DNA of 64,000 nucleotides, taken from Clostridia bacterium. GTDB taxonomy: Bacteria; Bacillota; Clostridia; RGIG6154. Positions within the stretch are counted from its first letter, which is position 1, and each line of letters begins with the position of its first letter. A model generated the notes under the pieces. The model worked only from the letters and a program-made list of their open reading frames with translations, searched no databases and was not told where the DNA came from. A program made the translations under genes and the position numbers. This document shows, piece by piece, positions 1 through 10,298 of the stretch. The stretch lies in NCBI GenBank assembly GCA_017409875.1, contig JAFQRW010000008.1, positions 181,390 through 245,389 on the forward strand. The letters run 5' to 3'.

Positions 1-82
1 AATCAACGAACTTAAGGCGGGACTTAATGCTTCTGTTACAAAGTATCAGTCAGAGCTTGATAAACTTGTTAGCGATAAATAA
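1..82 (+). CDS. 3' end of an upstream CDS (partial, product unknown)
   Basis: Open frame from the window edge to TAA at 80-82. Encodes ...INELKAGLNASVTKYQSELDKLVSDK*. No recognisable domain. Confidence 0.3.
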   Translation, partial: INELKAGLNASVTKYQSELDKLVSDK

Positions 83-99
83 GAAAGGACTGCTTAAAA

Positions 100-576
100 A
101 TGTTGGAAATCTTAAGAATTATTGAAAAAGACGGTTTGGCAAGCGTAGATAAAATTGCTGAAATTACAGGCCGTGATGCAGATACTGTAAAAAAACAGCT
201 CTCAGAGCTTAAAGAAAGCGGAATTGTTGCAGGATACAAAGCAGTTGTAAATTGGGATAAATATGATTCAAATACAGTTATTGCGCTTATTGATGTAAAA
301 ATGTCACCCCAGCTTGGTAGCGGATATGACAGAGTAGCGGCAAAGATTTATAACTATCCATTTGTTAAGAGTGTATATCTTATGTCGGGAGGATATGATT
401 TATCAATTACTATTGAGGGTAAAAGTTTAAAAGAGATAGCAAATTTTGTATCTGAAAAACTTGCTCCTATGGAATGTATACTTTCAACAACTACGCACTT
501 TATATTAAGGAAATACAAAGAAGAAGGGTTTATTCTCGATAATCCTGAAGAAGACAGGAGAGTGGTGACCTTTTGA
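100..576 (+). CDS. Lrp/AsnC family transcriptional regulator
   Basis: 158 aa. N-terminal HTH (LASVDKIAEITGRDADTVKKQLSELKESGIV) then an AsnC-type C-terminal ligand domain. Overlaps the downstream aminotransferase by 4 nt, a typical regulator and target pairing. Confidence 0.8.
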   Translation: MLEILRIIEKDGLASVDKIAEITGRDADTVKKQLSELKESGIVAGYKAVVNWDKYDSNTVIALIDVKMSPQLGSGYDRVAAKIYNYPFVKSVYLMSGGYDLSITIEGKSLKEIANFVSEKLAPMECILSTTTHFILRKYKEEGFILDNPEEDRRVVTF

Positions 577-1745
577 TTAATTTCGACGAAATTTTTTCAT
601 CTGTTGCAAAAAACATAAAACCGTCGGGTATAAGGAAATTTTTTGATATAGCAGCTACAATGGAAGACGTTATATCATTAGGTGTTGGAGAACCTGACTT
701 TGTTACGCCGTGGCATATCAGAGATGCAGGCATAATGTCACTTGAACAGGGACATACACACTACACTTCAAATTCAGGTATTGCAGAGCTTCGCAATGAG
801 GTTTGTAATTATTTTGAAAGGCACTTTGAACTTTCATATAAAGAAGACCAAGTACTTATCACAGTGGGAGGAAGCGAGGCGATTGACCTGTGCTTTCGTG
901 CGCTTATTTCTCCGGGAGATGAAGTTATTATCCCCGAACCGAGCTTTGTTTGTTATACTCCATGTACACAGCTTGCAGGAGGCGTTCCTGTTGCTGTTGT
1001 TACTGAGGAAAAAGACGAATTTATACTAACCGCTGAAAATTTAAAGAAAGCAATTACATCCAAAACAAAAATTTTGGTGCTTCCGTATCCTAACAATCCT
1101 ACAGGCGCAATAATGACTAAACAGCAGCTTGAGGATATAGCAAAGGTTTTAGATGGTACAGATATAATTGTTTTGGCAGATGAAATATATGCTGAGCTTA
1201 CGTACGGCTGTAAGCATTTTTCTATTGCAAACATTCCTGAAATGAAAGAAAGAACCGTTATCGTTGGTGGATTTTCAAAATGCTATGCAATGACAGGATG
1301 GCGTCTTGGATTTGCAATAGGCGATGAAAGGATTATTTCTCTTATGAGAAAAATTCATCAGTTTGCAATAATGTCAGCACCGACAACAAGCCAGTATGCA
1401 GCAATAGAAGCACTTAAAAACGGAGACTGGGACATCGCACAAATGCGCGCACAGTATGACGAAAGACGTGTATACCTGATTGAAAGACTTAATAAAATGG
1501 GACTTAGTTGCTTTGAGGCTAAAGGTGCATTTTACGTGTTCCCATGCATAAAATCTACAGGACTTTCTTCAGATGAGTTTTGCAATCGCCTTTTACAAGA
1601 AAAGCATGTAGCGGTAATCCCGGGAAATGCTTTTGGCGATTCGGGAGAAGGGTTTATAAGAATTTCGTATGCTTATTCTCTTTCAAGAATTGAAAAAGCA
1701 CTTGACAGAATTGAAGAGTTCTTAAAGGAGCTTAAAAAATTATGA
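573..1745 (+). CDS. pyridoxal-phosphate-dependent aminotransferase, class I/II (aspartate/aromatic aminotransferase-like)
   Basis: 390 aa. Fold-type I aminotransferase signature including the PLP-lysine region GGFSKCYAMTGWRLGF and NPTG motif. Confidence 0.85.
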   Translation: MINFDEIFSSVAKNIKPSGIRKFFDIAATMEDVISLGVGEPDFVTPWHIRDAGIMSLEQGHTHYTSNSGIAELRNEVCNYFERHFELSYKEDQVLITVGGSEAIDLCFRALISPGDEVIIPEPSFVCYTPCTQLAGGVPVAVVTEEKDEFILTAENLKKAITSKTKILVLPYPNNPTGAIMTKQQLEDIAKVLDGTDIIVLADEIYAELTYGCKHFSIANIPEMKERTVIVGGFSKCYAMTGWRLGFAIGDERIISLMRKIHQFAIMSAPTTSQYAAIEALKNGDWDIAQMRAQYDERRVYLIERLNKMGLSCFEAKGAFYVFPCIKSTGLSSDEFCNRLLQEKHVAVIPGNAFGDSGEGFIRISYAYSLSRIEKALDRIEEFLKELKKL

Positions 1746-2629
1746 CAAAATGTGCAGTCATCGACCTTGGCTCAAATTCCATAAGAATGGGATTTTTTGA
1801 GAAAAAAAACGGCAACTTGGTTCAAACAGAAAGATTTCGTGAGCAGGTAAGAATTTCTGAAGGTTTAGCATCAGACAATCTTTTAAAAGATGAGCCTGTA
1901 AAAAGAACGCTTTCAGCAATAAAAAGATTTAAAGGAATAATTGACCAAAGGGATATTAAAAATGTTAAAATTGTTGCAACAGAAGCGTTAAGGCGTGCAA
2001 ACAACAGCGATGTTTTTACATCTTTGGTAAAAAAGGACTTTGGTATTGATGTTTTGATAATTGACGGTCTTAAAGAAGCTGAGTATGATGTGCTTGCGGC
2101 TAAAATGTCAGCTGAATACGAAAGCTTTTATATGATTGATACCGGTGGCGGAAGTGTTGAAATTGCCTTGGTTTGCGAAAATAAGATAAAAGAGGCGGTT
2201 TGTCTGCCACTCGGAAGCGTTGTTATGACAGAAAACTTTGGAACAGACCGGCAAAGTGCTGAAAATCTGGAAATTTTTATAGAATCAGAGCTCAAAAAAA
2301 CCGGTATTATTGTTAAAAACAGTTTTCCTGTTGTTGCACTTGGTGGGTCAAATAAAGAACTTGCAAAAATAGGCTTGTGCGATGAGTCTGAAACTAATAT
2401 TGACGGTTATAAAATGTCGGTGCAAAATGCAAAAGACATTTATAAGAAACTAAAGAGTATGACTTTTGAAGAAAGAAAGTCTGTTAAAGGTTTGGATGTA
2501 AAAAGGGCAGATACCATTGTAGCGGGACTTTGCCCCATAGTCACTTTGTTAAATCTTTCTGGAACAACTGAAATATGTTTTTGCACAGGCAGCGTAAGAG
2601 AGGGAGTAGCGGCTGGGCTTTTATTATGA
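1742..2629 (+). CDS. Ppx/GppA family phosphatase (exopolyphosphatase / guanosine pentaphosphate phosphohydrolase-like)
   Basis: 295 aa. N-terminal AVIDLGSNSIRMGFFE actin-like ATPase fold typical of the Ppx/GppA N-domain. Confidence 0.7.
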   Translation: MTKCAVIDLGSNSIRMGFFEKKNGNLVQTERFREQVRISEGLASDNLLKDEPVKRTLSAIKRFKGIIDQRDIKNVKIVATEALRRANNSDVFTSLVKKDFGIDVLIIDGLKEAEYDVLAAKMSAEYESFYMIDTGGGSVEIALVCENKIKEAVCLPLGSVVMTENFGTDRQSAENLEIFIESELKKTGIIVKNSFPVVALGGSNKELAKIGLCDESETNIDGYKMSVQNAKDIYKKLKSMTFEERKSVKGLDVKRADTIVAGLCPIVTLLNLSGTTEICFCTGSVREGVAAGLLL

Positions 2630-3570
2630 AAAGTGATTTTATATATTCTTTAGACAACAAGAGGTATCACACACTTAATTATCATATATTACAAAAATTT
2701 GGCAGCAGAGTATTTAAGGCGGTAATAGATGCAGGTTTTACCTGTCCTAATATTGACGGTACTTTAGGCTTTGGAGGCTGCACATATTGCACTTCAGGTG
2801 CTGCAGAGTTTACAAATCCATCAGATGTCAGCGTAAGTGCACAGATTGAACTTGAAAAACAAAGGATTTATAAAAAGTGGGGTAGGGTTCCCGTTATTGC
2901 ATATTTTCAGGCTCACACCAATACCTATGCCGATTTAAGCAAACTTAAAAGACTTTATGAAGAGGCTCTTTCTGTCCAAGGCGTTGTGGGGTTAAGCATC
3001 GCAACAAGACCTGATTGTTTAGATGATGAAAAAATCAGTTATTTAAAAGAGTTATCTCAAAAAACGTACCTAACTGTAGAACTCGGACTTCAAACTGCGT
3101 TTGACGAAACAGCAAAAAAAATAAACAGGGGTTACCTGTTTGATGCCTTTGAACACACCTTTAATAAATTGAAACAAAATGGCATAAGAGTTTGTGTTCA
3201 CCTTATCAATGGGCTGATTGATGAAACGCCTCAAATGATGATACAAACTGCAAAAACACTTGGGAAAATGAAACCAGATGCAGTAAAAATTCACCTTCTT
3301 CATATTATGAAGGGTACTGTGTGCCAAAAAGAGTATGAAGACTTAAAGCTAATCCCAATGACAATAGAAGATTATATAAAAACGGTCTGTGAACAATTAA
3401 GATATTTACCACCCGAGTGTGTAATTGAAAGAATTACAGGCGACGGTTCAAAAGAAAACCTAATTGCACCTCGCTGGAGTACAAACAAAATAGCTGTCCT
3501 TGGCGGGATAGACAAATTTATGGAAGAAAACAACATTTATCAGGGAGATAAATGCCATACGATTGACTAA
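2626..3570 (+). CDS. radical SAM protein, TIGR01212 (YhcC-like) family
   Basis: CPNIDGTLGFGGCTYC cluster motif. The ATG at 2626 overlaps the upstream stop as ATGA. The ORF-track start at 2575 is probably too far upstream. Confidence 0.7.
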   Translation: MKSDFIYSLDNKRYHTLNYHILQKFGSRVFKAVIDAGFTCPNIDGTLGFGGCTYCTSGAAEFTNPSDVSVSAQIELEKQRIYKKWGRVPVIAYFQAHTNTYADLSKLKRLYEEALSVQGVVGLSIATRPDCLDDEKISYLKELSQKTYLTVELGLQTAFDETAKKINRGYLFDAFEHTFNKLKQNGIRVCVHLINGLIDETPQMMIQTAKTLGKMKPDAVKIHLLHIMKGTVCQKEYEDLKLIPMTIEDYIKTVCEQLRYLPPECVIERITGDGSKENLIAPRWSTNKIAVLGGIDKFMEENNIYQGDKCHTID

Positions 3571-3583
3571 ATGGAGGAATTAA

Positions 3584-6157
3584 ATGATTAATATTGATAT
3601 TGCTGTTGTGACTTATAATTCTCAAAAATGGATTGATTCGTTCTTAAATGCAATCAGAAATTCTAAATATGATTTAAAACGATTGCACTTATACTTTAAA
3701 GATAATGGTTCTTCAGATAGAACGGTTGAATTGTTGGAGAAATATGAATATAAAGCAGATTTTGATGAATACAAGGTAGTTTCAGAAAATAGCAATATAG
3801 GATTTGGGGCAGGAAGCAATCGCGCTGCACAAATGGGTAAAAGTCCATATATCTTGTTTTTAAATGTTGATACGGAAATTGAGGAAGATGCGTTTAAGGA
3901 ACTCAACAAGAAAGTTCAAATTTCAGATGAAAGCGTTGCAGTGTGGGAAATGCGTCAATTTCCTTATGAGCATCCTAAAATATATAGTCCGGTGACATTG
4001 GAAACATCATGGGTAAGTGGAGCATGTTTTTTATTACGCAGAGATATCTTTGATATTACAGGCGGGTTTGACGAATCTATTTTTATGTATGGTGAAGATG
4101 TGGAACTGTCATGGAGAATACGCTCTATGGGATATAAACTTATGTATGTCCCAGATAGTTGTGTATATCATTATGCATATGCTTCAGCAAATGAGATTAA
4201 ACCGGTACAGTATTATGGCTCACTTGAAGCAAATATTATGCTTAGGTGGAGATATGGAAATATTACACAAATAATAGCAGGATATAAATTTTTGCTTAAA
4301 GCATATTTCAAACCTGCACATTTTGCAGATGCAAAGAAAAATATTTTCCATATTATTATAAAATCTTTTAAAATGGGAGTTTCATTTAGAAACAAGTATG
4401 GGAAATTAAAAAATAATGTAGCAAAATTTTTAAGATATGACTATGAATATGCCAGAAATGGTGCATTTTATGAAAATGAAAGATTTGATAAAAACAATAC
4501 GCCTCTGGTGTCCGTAATAGTAAGAACTTGTGGCAGACCTTATGTTTTGGAGGAATGTCTTAAATCTATACGTAATCAAACATACAAGAATATAGAGGTG
4601 TGTATTGCTGAAGACGGATTACCAGTTTCAGAAGGTTTCATAAAAGATAGATTTCCTGATATGAACATCAAGTATGTTGCAACGATTGAAAAAAAAGGTA
4701 GAAGCAATGCAGGAAACAGAGCATTGGAAATGGCAACGGGAAAATATTTGAATTTTCTTGATGATGATGATGTGTTTTATTGCGATCATATTGAAACTAT
4801 GGTTAATGCAGCGTTGAAAAATCCTGATGAAAAAATGTTCTATTCAAAGTCGTTTGAAACACCAATAACGATTAAAACAAGGGAGCCATACGTGTATCAG
4901 CTTAAAGAATATTATGAAGTAAAGCGTGCAGAATATTCGTCGGCTACATTGATAATGAGTAATTTATTCCCAATACAAACTGTATTTTTTAAGCGAGAAG
5001 TGTATGAACAAAAAGGCGGATTTAGCACAAATTACGAATATCTTGAGGATTGGGATTTGTGGCTCAAGTATTCAGAAATTGCAGACTATATACTTGTTAA
5101 TAAAACAACATCGGAATATCGCGTGCCTGCAGTAAATAACATTGCTAAGGAAAGGGTTGTTTTACTCAAACAAAATGAGGAAACAATACGAAACAAGTAT
5201 TTTAAATTGAGTAAAAAAGCAGTAGAGTGTAAAAGTAAGATATATTTGACAAAATCCTTGATATATACAATTGATAGCGTGCAGGTTTATTCCAAAAGCA
5301 GTTTACAAGTAGTTGGATGGGCGATTGCAAGCAAGGAACTTAAAAATGCCGATGTTTTGGTGTGCATAACAAACAAAGACGGAAGTAAATTATACTTTAA
5401 CACTCACAGGTATAAAAGGATTGATGTAAATGAGGAATACCCACAAATAGATTGTAAAGATTGCGGCGTTTCTGCTTGGATTCCACTTGGAAAACATGGT
5501 GTTGATTGTATAAGGACAATAGAGTTTGTTTGCAAAAAAAACGATAAGTTTTACATAAATAGAAATTTTGCAATTCGGTTTTATAAATTTGAAAAAGCGC
5601 GCAAACTCATAGTAAAATTAAATAGAATTAAAAATATGTTTTCGGCAAATGCAAATCGAATTAACAAAAGGGAAGTGTCGGCGGCAACTGTTTTTGATGA
5701 GAATTACAACAAGGTGAAAAAACTTTACTCTCAAAAAAGTATTTATTCTCGCAGGATGCGATGTAATATAGATAAAGCAAAGATATATTGTGGTAATGTT
5801 TTGGTAGTTGTAGGGTGGTGTCTTCTTGAGGGGATTAAAAGTGAAGCAGTTACACCGATACTGAGAATTACTGATAAGAGGAAAAAAGTTCATTTAATTT
5901 ATTGTGAGAAGGAAATAAGAAAAGATGTAGTCAAGATATTTTTGGATAATAAGTATCTTAATAGTGGTTTTGTTATGGATATTGATCTTGATTTATATCG
6001 AATTAACAAGATAAAAAAAATAGAACTTTTAGCTGAATATAAAAAGAAGCTTTATATATGCTCAAAAAGTGAATATTCTTTTAGGCAAAGAATGAAGAAT
6101 TTTGTGGTTTCGGTATTGTACCATATTAATATGTTGCTTAATAATATTACTGTTTAG
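3584..6157 (+). CDS. large multidomain glycosyltransferase with two tandem GT2 (GT-A) domains and a C-terminal duplicated module
   Basis: 857 aa. First GT2 domain at the N-terminus (IDIAVVTYNSQKWI...DxD-like). Second GT2 from about aa 305 (LVSVIVRTCGRPYVLEECLKSIRNQTYKNIEVCIAEDG ... LDDDD). The C-terminal 350 aa contains two VVGW-containing repeats. Confidence 0.75.
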   Translation: MINIDIAVVTYNSQKWIDSFLNAIRNSKYDLKRLHLYFKDNGSSDRTVELLEKYEYKADFDEYKVVSENSNIGFGAGSNRAAQMGKSPYILFLNVDTEIEEDAFKELNKKVQISDESVAVWEMRQFPYEHPKIYSPVTLETSWVSGACFLLRRDIFDITGGFDESIFMYGEDVELSWRIRSMGYKLMYVPDSCVYHYAYASANEIKPVQYYGSLEANIMLRWRYGNITQIIAGYKFLLKAYFKPAHFADAKKNIFHIIIKSFKMGVSFRNKYGKLKNNVAKFLRYDYEYARNGAFYENERFDKNNTPLVSVIVRTCGRPYVLEECLKSIRNQTYKNIEVCIAEDGLPVSEGFIKDRFPDMNIKYVATIEKKGRSNAGNRALEMATGKYLNFLDDDDVFYCDHIETMVNAALKNPDEKMFYSKSFETPITIKTREPYVYQLKEYYEVKRAEYSSATLIMSNLFPIQTVFFKREVYEQKGGFSTNYEYLEDWDLWLKYSEIADYILVNKTTSEYRVPAVNNIAKERVVLLKQNEETIRNKYFKLSKKAVECKSKIYLTKSLIYTIDSVQVYSKSSLQVVGWAIASKELKNADVLVCITNKDGSKLYFNTHRYKRIDVNEEYPQIDCKDCGVSAWIPLGKHGVDCIRTIEFVCKKNDKFYINRNFAIRFYKFEKARKLIVKLNRIKNMFSANANRINKREVSAATVFDENYNKVKKLYSQKSIYSRRMRCNIDKAKIYCGNVLVVVGWCLLEGIKSEAVTPILRITDKRKKVHLIYCEKEIRKDVVKIFLDNKYLNSGFVMDIDLDLYRINKIKKIELLAEYKKKLYICSKSEYSFRQRMKNFVVSVLYHINMLLNNITV

Positions 6158-6171
6158 AATAGAGGACACGA

Positions 6172-7308
6172 ATGATTAATGTTTTATTAACATACACTAC
6201 ACTAATACCTTCAGTAAGATTTTGTGCATTTCATCCGCTTAAATTTCTGTCTGAAAGCGAAGAAATAAATCTGGTATGCAAAATGAGCCATAAGGTCACG
6301 GCGTCAGATTTGAACTTTTGTGACGTGTTGGTTATGGTGCGATGTTGCGAGGATAGGGAACTTGAAATAGCACAGCAATGTAAAAAAGCAGGGATTAAAA
6401 TTGTCTATGTGATAGATGACGATCTGCTTAATGTTCCTGACAGTATAGAGGGGTATGAATACTTTGGACTGGAAAAGCATAAGAAAAACCTGATTGAAAT
6501 TATGAGTCTTTCAGATGTATTGTGGAGTCCAAATTGCAATTTGATAAAAAAATACGGACATTTTTTAAAAAAAAGTGTGCTGATTGACGAACCATTTATA
6601 GGGGATATAAATGCACATAAGTACGATAGTGGAAAAATCCGTATTGGTTTTGCCGGAACGGCAACCCACAGAACTTTTATAAATGATTTTTTAGGCGATG
6701 TGCTGAAAATAATTAAAAATACTTATAAAGACAAGGTCAGTATTGAATTTTTTGGGTTTAAGCCTGATTTTATAAAGGAAATCGGAGGACAATACATTCC
6801 ATACTGCGATGATTATGAGGCTTATTGTAAAATTATGCGTGAAAGAAATTGGGATATAGGACTTGCCCCATTAGAAGAAAACGAATTTACTTCATGCAAA
6901 TACTTTAACAAATATATTGAGTATTCTTCTTATGGCATAGTTGGTGTTTATTCTGCTGTTCAACCATATACATTTGGTATTAATAATGGTGTTAATGGCT
7001 TGTTGGCTGAAAATACTGTTGAAAGCTGGGTAAAGGCAATCAAAACGCTTGTAGAAGATAAAGAATTACTGAAGGAAATATCTCAGTTTGCCCAAGTTGA
7101 ACTTCAAACTAAGTTTAATGTTGAATCGGTTGCAGAGAAAATTTTTGATAAAGAAATTTTTATAAAATGTACTAAAAAATCTACCATAAAATACAGAAAA
7201 AAATCTTTTGTTGCAGGAAAATTTAAAATATATATGCAAATATACGGAATTTTTATGCCTATAATGGTTGTGAAAAAATGTGTTCAAAAAACTTTTCGGA
7301 ATTTTTAG
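6172..7308 (+). CDS. hypothetical protein, putative GT-B-fold glycosyltransferase
   Basis: 378 aa. The C-terminal segment EYSSYGIVGVYSAVQPYTFGINNGVNGLLAEN resembles the GT4-type E-x7-E region. Sits in the glycosylation locus. Confidence 0.4.
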   Translation: MINVLLTYTTLIPSVRFCAFHPLKFLSESEEINLVCKMSHKVTASDLNFCDVLVMVRCCEDRELEIAQQCKKAGIKIVYVIDDDLLNVPDSIEGYEYFGLEKHKKNLIEIMSLSDVLWSPNCNLIKKYGHFLKKSVLIDEPFIGDINAHKYDSGKIRIGFAGTATHRTFINDFLGDVLKIIKNTYKDKVSIEFFGFKPDFIKEIGGQYIPYCDDYEAYCKIMRERNWDIGLAPLEENEFTSCKYFNKYIEYSSYGIVGVYSAVQPYTFGINNGVNGLLAENTVESWVKAIKTLVEDKELLKEISQFAQVELQTKFNVESVAEKIFDKEIFIKCTKKSTIKYRKKSFVAGKFKIYMQIYGIFMPIMVVKKCVQKTFRNF

Positions 7309-7320
7309 AAAATAAAGAAA

Positions 7321-7356
7321 CTGTCTCACTAAAAAAGTGAGGCAGTTCTTTTGTCA
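7321..7356. terminator. bidirectional rho-independent terminator
   Basis: CTGTCTCAC-taaaaaa-GTGAGGCAG stem-loop with an A-run upstream and T-run downstream. Lies between convergent genes ending at 7308 (+) and 7412 (-). Confidence 0.75.
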
Positions 7357-7411
7357 TTTTAAATTTTTGATTTAGGTGTTCTAATATTTTCTGTTCAAAA
7401 TGTAATCTTAT

Positions 7412-7822
7412 CTACTTTTTAAATATTACAAATTTGGAAGCAAAATAGTTTAAGGTCATTACAATTACATTCGTAATAATTTTACACGCCATTGAATTAA
7501 ACTGCAGAAAATCAACTAATAATACCATTATTGCAGTATCAATCACACCTGAAAATACCCGGCAAGAAAAGAATGAAACTATTTCATAAATTAACTCTTT
7601 TGCACTTCGACCTTGGCTATTAAATACATATAACTTATTTGTTATAAATGCAAATAAAACTGACAACATCCAGGCAACAGAATTTGATATTAAAGTATTG
7701 CAATTTAAAACATGGGATGTAAAAAAATAGCTGATTATATTAACTAAGGTAGTTAACCCACCAAAAAACACATATAAAACTATGGGCTTATATTTTTTTA
7801 AAATCGTTCTTATATACATCAT
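7412..7822 (-). CDS. GtrA family membrane protein (polysaccharide synthesis / lipid-linked sugar flippase-like)
   Basis: 136 aa, four predicted TM helices, typical GtrA-like size and hydrophobic pattern. Overlaps the upstream GT2 stop by 4 nt. Confidence 0.7.
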   Translation of the reverse strand: MMYIRTILKKYKPIVLYVFFGGLTTLVNIISYFFTSHVLNCNTLISNSVAWMLSVLFAFITNKLYVFNSQGRSAKELIYEIVSFFSCRVFSGVIDTAIMVLLVDFLQFNSMACKIITNVIVMTLNYFASKFVIFKK

Positions 7823-8763
7823 TTAATTTTTATCACCTTATCATTATTTGATTCTGATATTATATAGTGCGGACGATTTTTAACCTCCAGATATATCTTT
7901 GCTATATATTGACCAATAATACCCAAACATAAGAGGATCATTCCGCCTATGAAAAGAAGAACACTCATGGTAGAAGCCCATCCTGTAACAGGATCCCCCC
8001 ATATAAGTTTACGAATAATAATAAATGCAACAAACAGAAACGATATCCCTGTTATACTTACACCAAGTAATGACGCAATACTTAAAGGCATTTGTGAAAA
8101 ATTAACAATTCCGTCAATAGAATATTTAAATAAATTCCAAAAATTCCATTTTGTTTGACCGGCGATACGTTCTATGTTTTCATACGGTAGCCAATATGTT
8201 TTGAAACCAATCCAACCAAATATGCCTTTAGAAAATCTATTATATTCACTCATTGCAACAATGGCATCCACCATTTTTCGTTTCATTAACCTAAAATCTG
8301 TTGCTCCACCAACAACGTCTGCATCAGATATTTTATTTATAATTTTGTAAAACAGCTTTGCAAATAAACTTCTTAATCGAGGTTCTCCTTCTCTGGTATT
8401 CCTTCGTGCTGCTACACTATCGTACTCTTTATTCTGCAAAATGCTTAACATTTTTGGAATAAGCGATGGTGGATGTTGCATATCTGCATCTATGACTGTA
8501 ACATAATCGCCGCTAACATTGCAAAAACCGGCATACATTGCTGCTTCTTTACCAAAATTACGAGCAAAAGATATATATGTAATATGATTGTCACACTTTG
8601 CAAAGTCCTTAAGTAAATTCAGCGTATTATCTTTTGAACCATCATTTATAAACAAAATTTCATAATCGCATGACAATGACTTCATAACCTTTGTAACTTC
8701 ATCAAAAAACAAAGGTAGGGCTTCTTGTTCGTTATAACATGGCACAATAAGTGATATTTTCAT
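7819..8763 (-). CDS. glycosyltransferase family 2, polyprenyl-phosphate sugar transferase (GtrB / DPM1-like)
   Basis: 314 aa. MKISLIVPCYNEQEALP ... INDGSKDNT ... VIDADMQHPP, plus two C-terminal TM helices. Classic GtrB-like architecture, co-transcribed with the GtrA gene. Confidence 0.85.
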   Translation of the reverse strand: MKISLIVPCYNEQEALPLFFDEVTKVMKSLSCDYEILFINDGSKDNTLNLLKDFAKCDNHITYISFARNFGKEAAMYAGFCNVSGDYVTVIDADMQHPPSLIPKMLSILQNKEYDSVAARRNTREGEPRLRSLFAKLFYKIINKISDADVVGGATDFRLMKRKMVDAIVAMSEYNRFSKGIFGWIGFKTYWLPYENIERIAGQTKWNFWNLFKYSIDGIVNFSQMPLSIASLLGVSITGISFLFVAFIIIRKLIWGDPVTGWASTMSVLLFIGGMILLCLGIIGQYIAKIYLEVKNRPHYIISESNNDKVIKIK

Positions 8764-8928
8764 TGGTTTCCCTCTTTTTTTGCATTTTTTTCATTATACT
8801 GCACATCATATGATTTGTCAATAATTTAAAGTTATGGCAAATAAGACTTGCTTCTGTTGACTTTTACATTTTTTTATGTTAAACTTATTCTGTTTAAATT
8901 GTCAAAAAACATTAGGAAGTGATTCAAT

Positions 8929-10230
8929 ATGACAAAAATCTGTTTTACTCCGCAAAAAAAAAATATTGCATATAAAATTGCAATATACATTTTTTTTGTC
9001 AGTATTATTTTTTTCATACGTTTACCATTTGGTTACATATCTGATGATGCCGTAGTTGCACCAACGGTAACTACTCAAACTATTTGGGAAAACTTTATGC
9101 AACGTTGGTTATACAATGGTCGCATATTTACTGATGTGTTAGCAAACATGTTTTATCGTATACCAATGATTTACTGGAAACTGTTTGATACACTTGTGTA
9201 TGTTATTATGGCAACATTAATTAGTAAAATATTTACTAAAAATACATGGTTTGACTTGCTGATGACATGTGGTTTGATTTTGCTATTCCCGATAAATTGC
9301 CTTAATAGTGCAGGATACATTGCAACTACAACTAATTATGTATACCCTGTATTATGCATGTTGTTTGTCGCATATCATTTAAATCTTTGTGTTAAAAAGA
9401 AACATATACCTATTGTTTTATACATTGTGACATTTGTTTCTATACTTTATGCCACTAACCATGATCAAGGTGCAGTATTTTTGATAGGAGCTCTTTTCCT
9501 GTTCTTGATTTATGCATTATGCACGCATATGAATCAAAAAGTTATATTTACTACTATAGTTTTGTTAGGATTTGCTTTTTGTTGCTATGTTTTTATGTTT
9601 ATGATGCCAGGTCATCTTTTCAGAATGACGAATACAGCAGAAATGTATCATTGGTTTCCACAGTATGCTGAATGGTCATTTGCAAAAAAAATCTATCATG
9701 GATTCTCTACAACCATTGCTAATTTGTTGTTTACAAATGTTAAACTGTTCTTTGTGTTGTGTGTTTTAATTTTTTTGCAGGCTATGTCACAGGATTCCGT
9801 TTACAAAAAAATTATAAGTGCAATTCCTCTTGCTGTGATTACATTTGCTAATTTTTTCGGAGAAAGTAAGTTTGTTGTGTATTACGACTATTCGTGTGGA
9901 ATGCCTGATTTGATTCCAATTTCTATTAGTATTTTACCACTGATATTGTCAGTTACAGCAGTGTGTAGCATTTTTTATACAGTGTGTAGTTGTGTCAAAC
10001 AAAAAGAAAGTAAATTTATGTTGTTGGGATTGCTAGTATTATCTGCAATTACCAGAGAATTGATGGGATTATCTGCGACTATATATGCATCATCTTTCCG
10101 CACATTCACTTTTTTTCTGTACGCAATAATCATTTGTTGTTTGATACTGATGAAAGACTTGTATGATAAAAACAATAAATCCAACTGGTGTGTTGGCATC
10201 GGTGCAATTTTTGCAATGTTTTTGTTGTAA
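8929..10230 (+). CDS. polytopic integral membrane protein (putative GtrC-like glycosyltransferase or polymerase), hypothetical
   Basis: 433 aa with about 12 predicted TM segments. Divergent from the GtrA/GtrB pair. No soluble catalytic domain recognisable. Confidence 0.4.
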   Translation: MTKICFTPQKKNIAYKIAIYIFFVSIIFFIRLPFGYISDDAVVAPTVTTQTIWENFMQRWLYNGRIFTDVLANMFYRIPMIYWKLFDTLVYVIMATLISKIFTKNTWFDLLMTCGLILLFPINCLNSAGYIATTTNYVYPVLCMLFVAYHLNLCVKKKHIPIVLYIVTFVSILYATNHDQGAVFLIGALFLFLIYALCTHMNQKVIFTTIVLLGFAFCCYVFMFMMPGHLFRMTNTAEMYHWFPQYAEWSFAKKIYHGFSTTIANLLFTNVKLFFVLCVLIFLQAMSQDSVYKKIISAIPLAVITFANFFGESKFVVYYDYSCGMPDLIPISISILPLILSVTAVCSIFYTVCSCVKQKESKFMLLGLLVLSAITRELMGLSATIYASSFRTFTFFLYAIIICCLILMKDLYDKNNKSNWCVGIGAIFAMFLL

Positions 10231-10270
10231 TCAAATTATAGTAATCATCATTCTATGAGATCTTTTATGA

Positions 10271-10298
10271 TAAATATCTTAACAAAAGGGACTGTTAA
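10271..10298. terminator. bidirectional terminator hairpin
   Basis: AAAAGGGACTG-ttaac-CAGCCCCTTTT between convergent genes ending at 10230 (+) and 10295 (-). Confidence 0.55.
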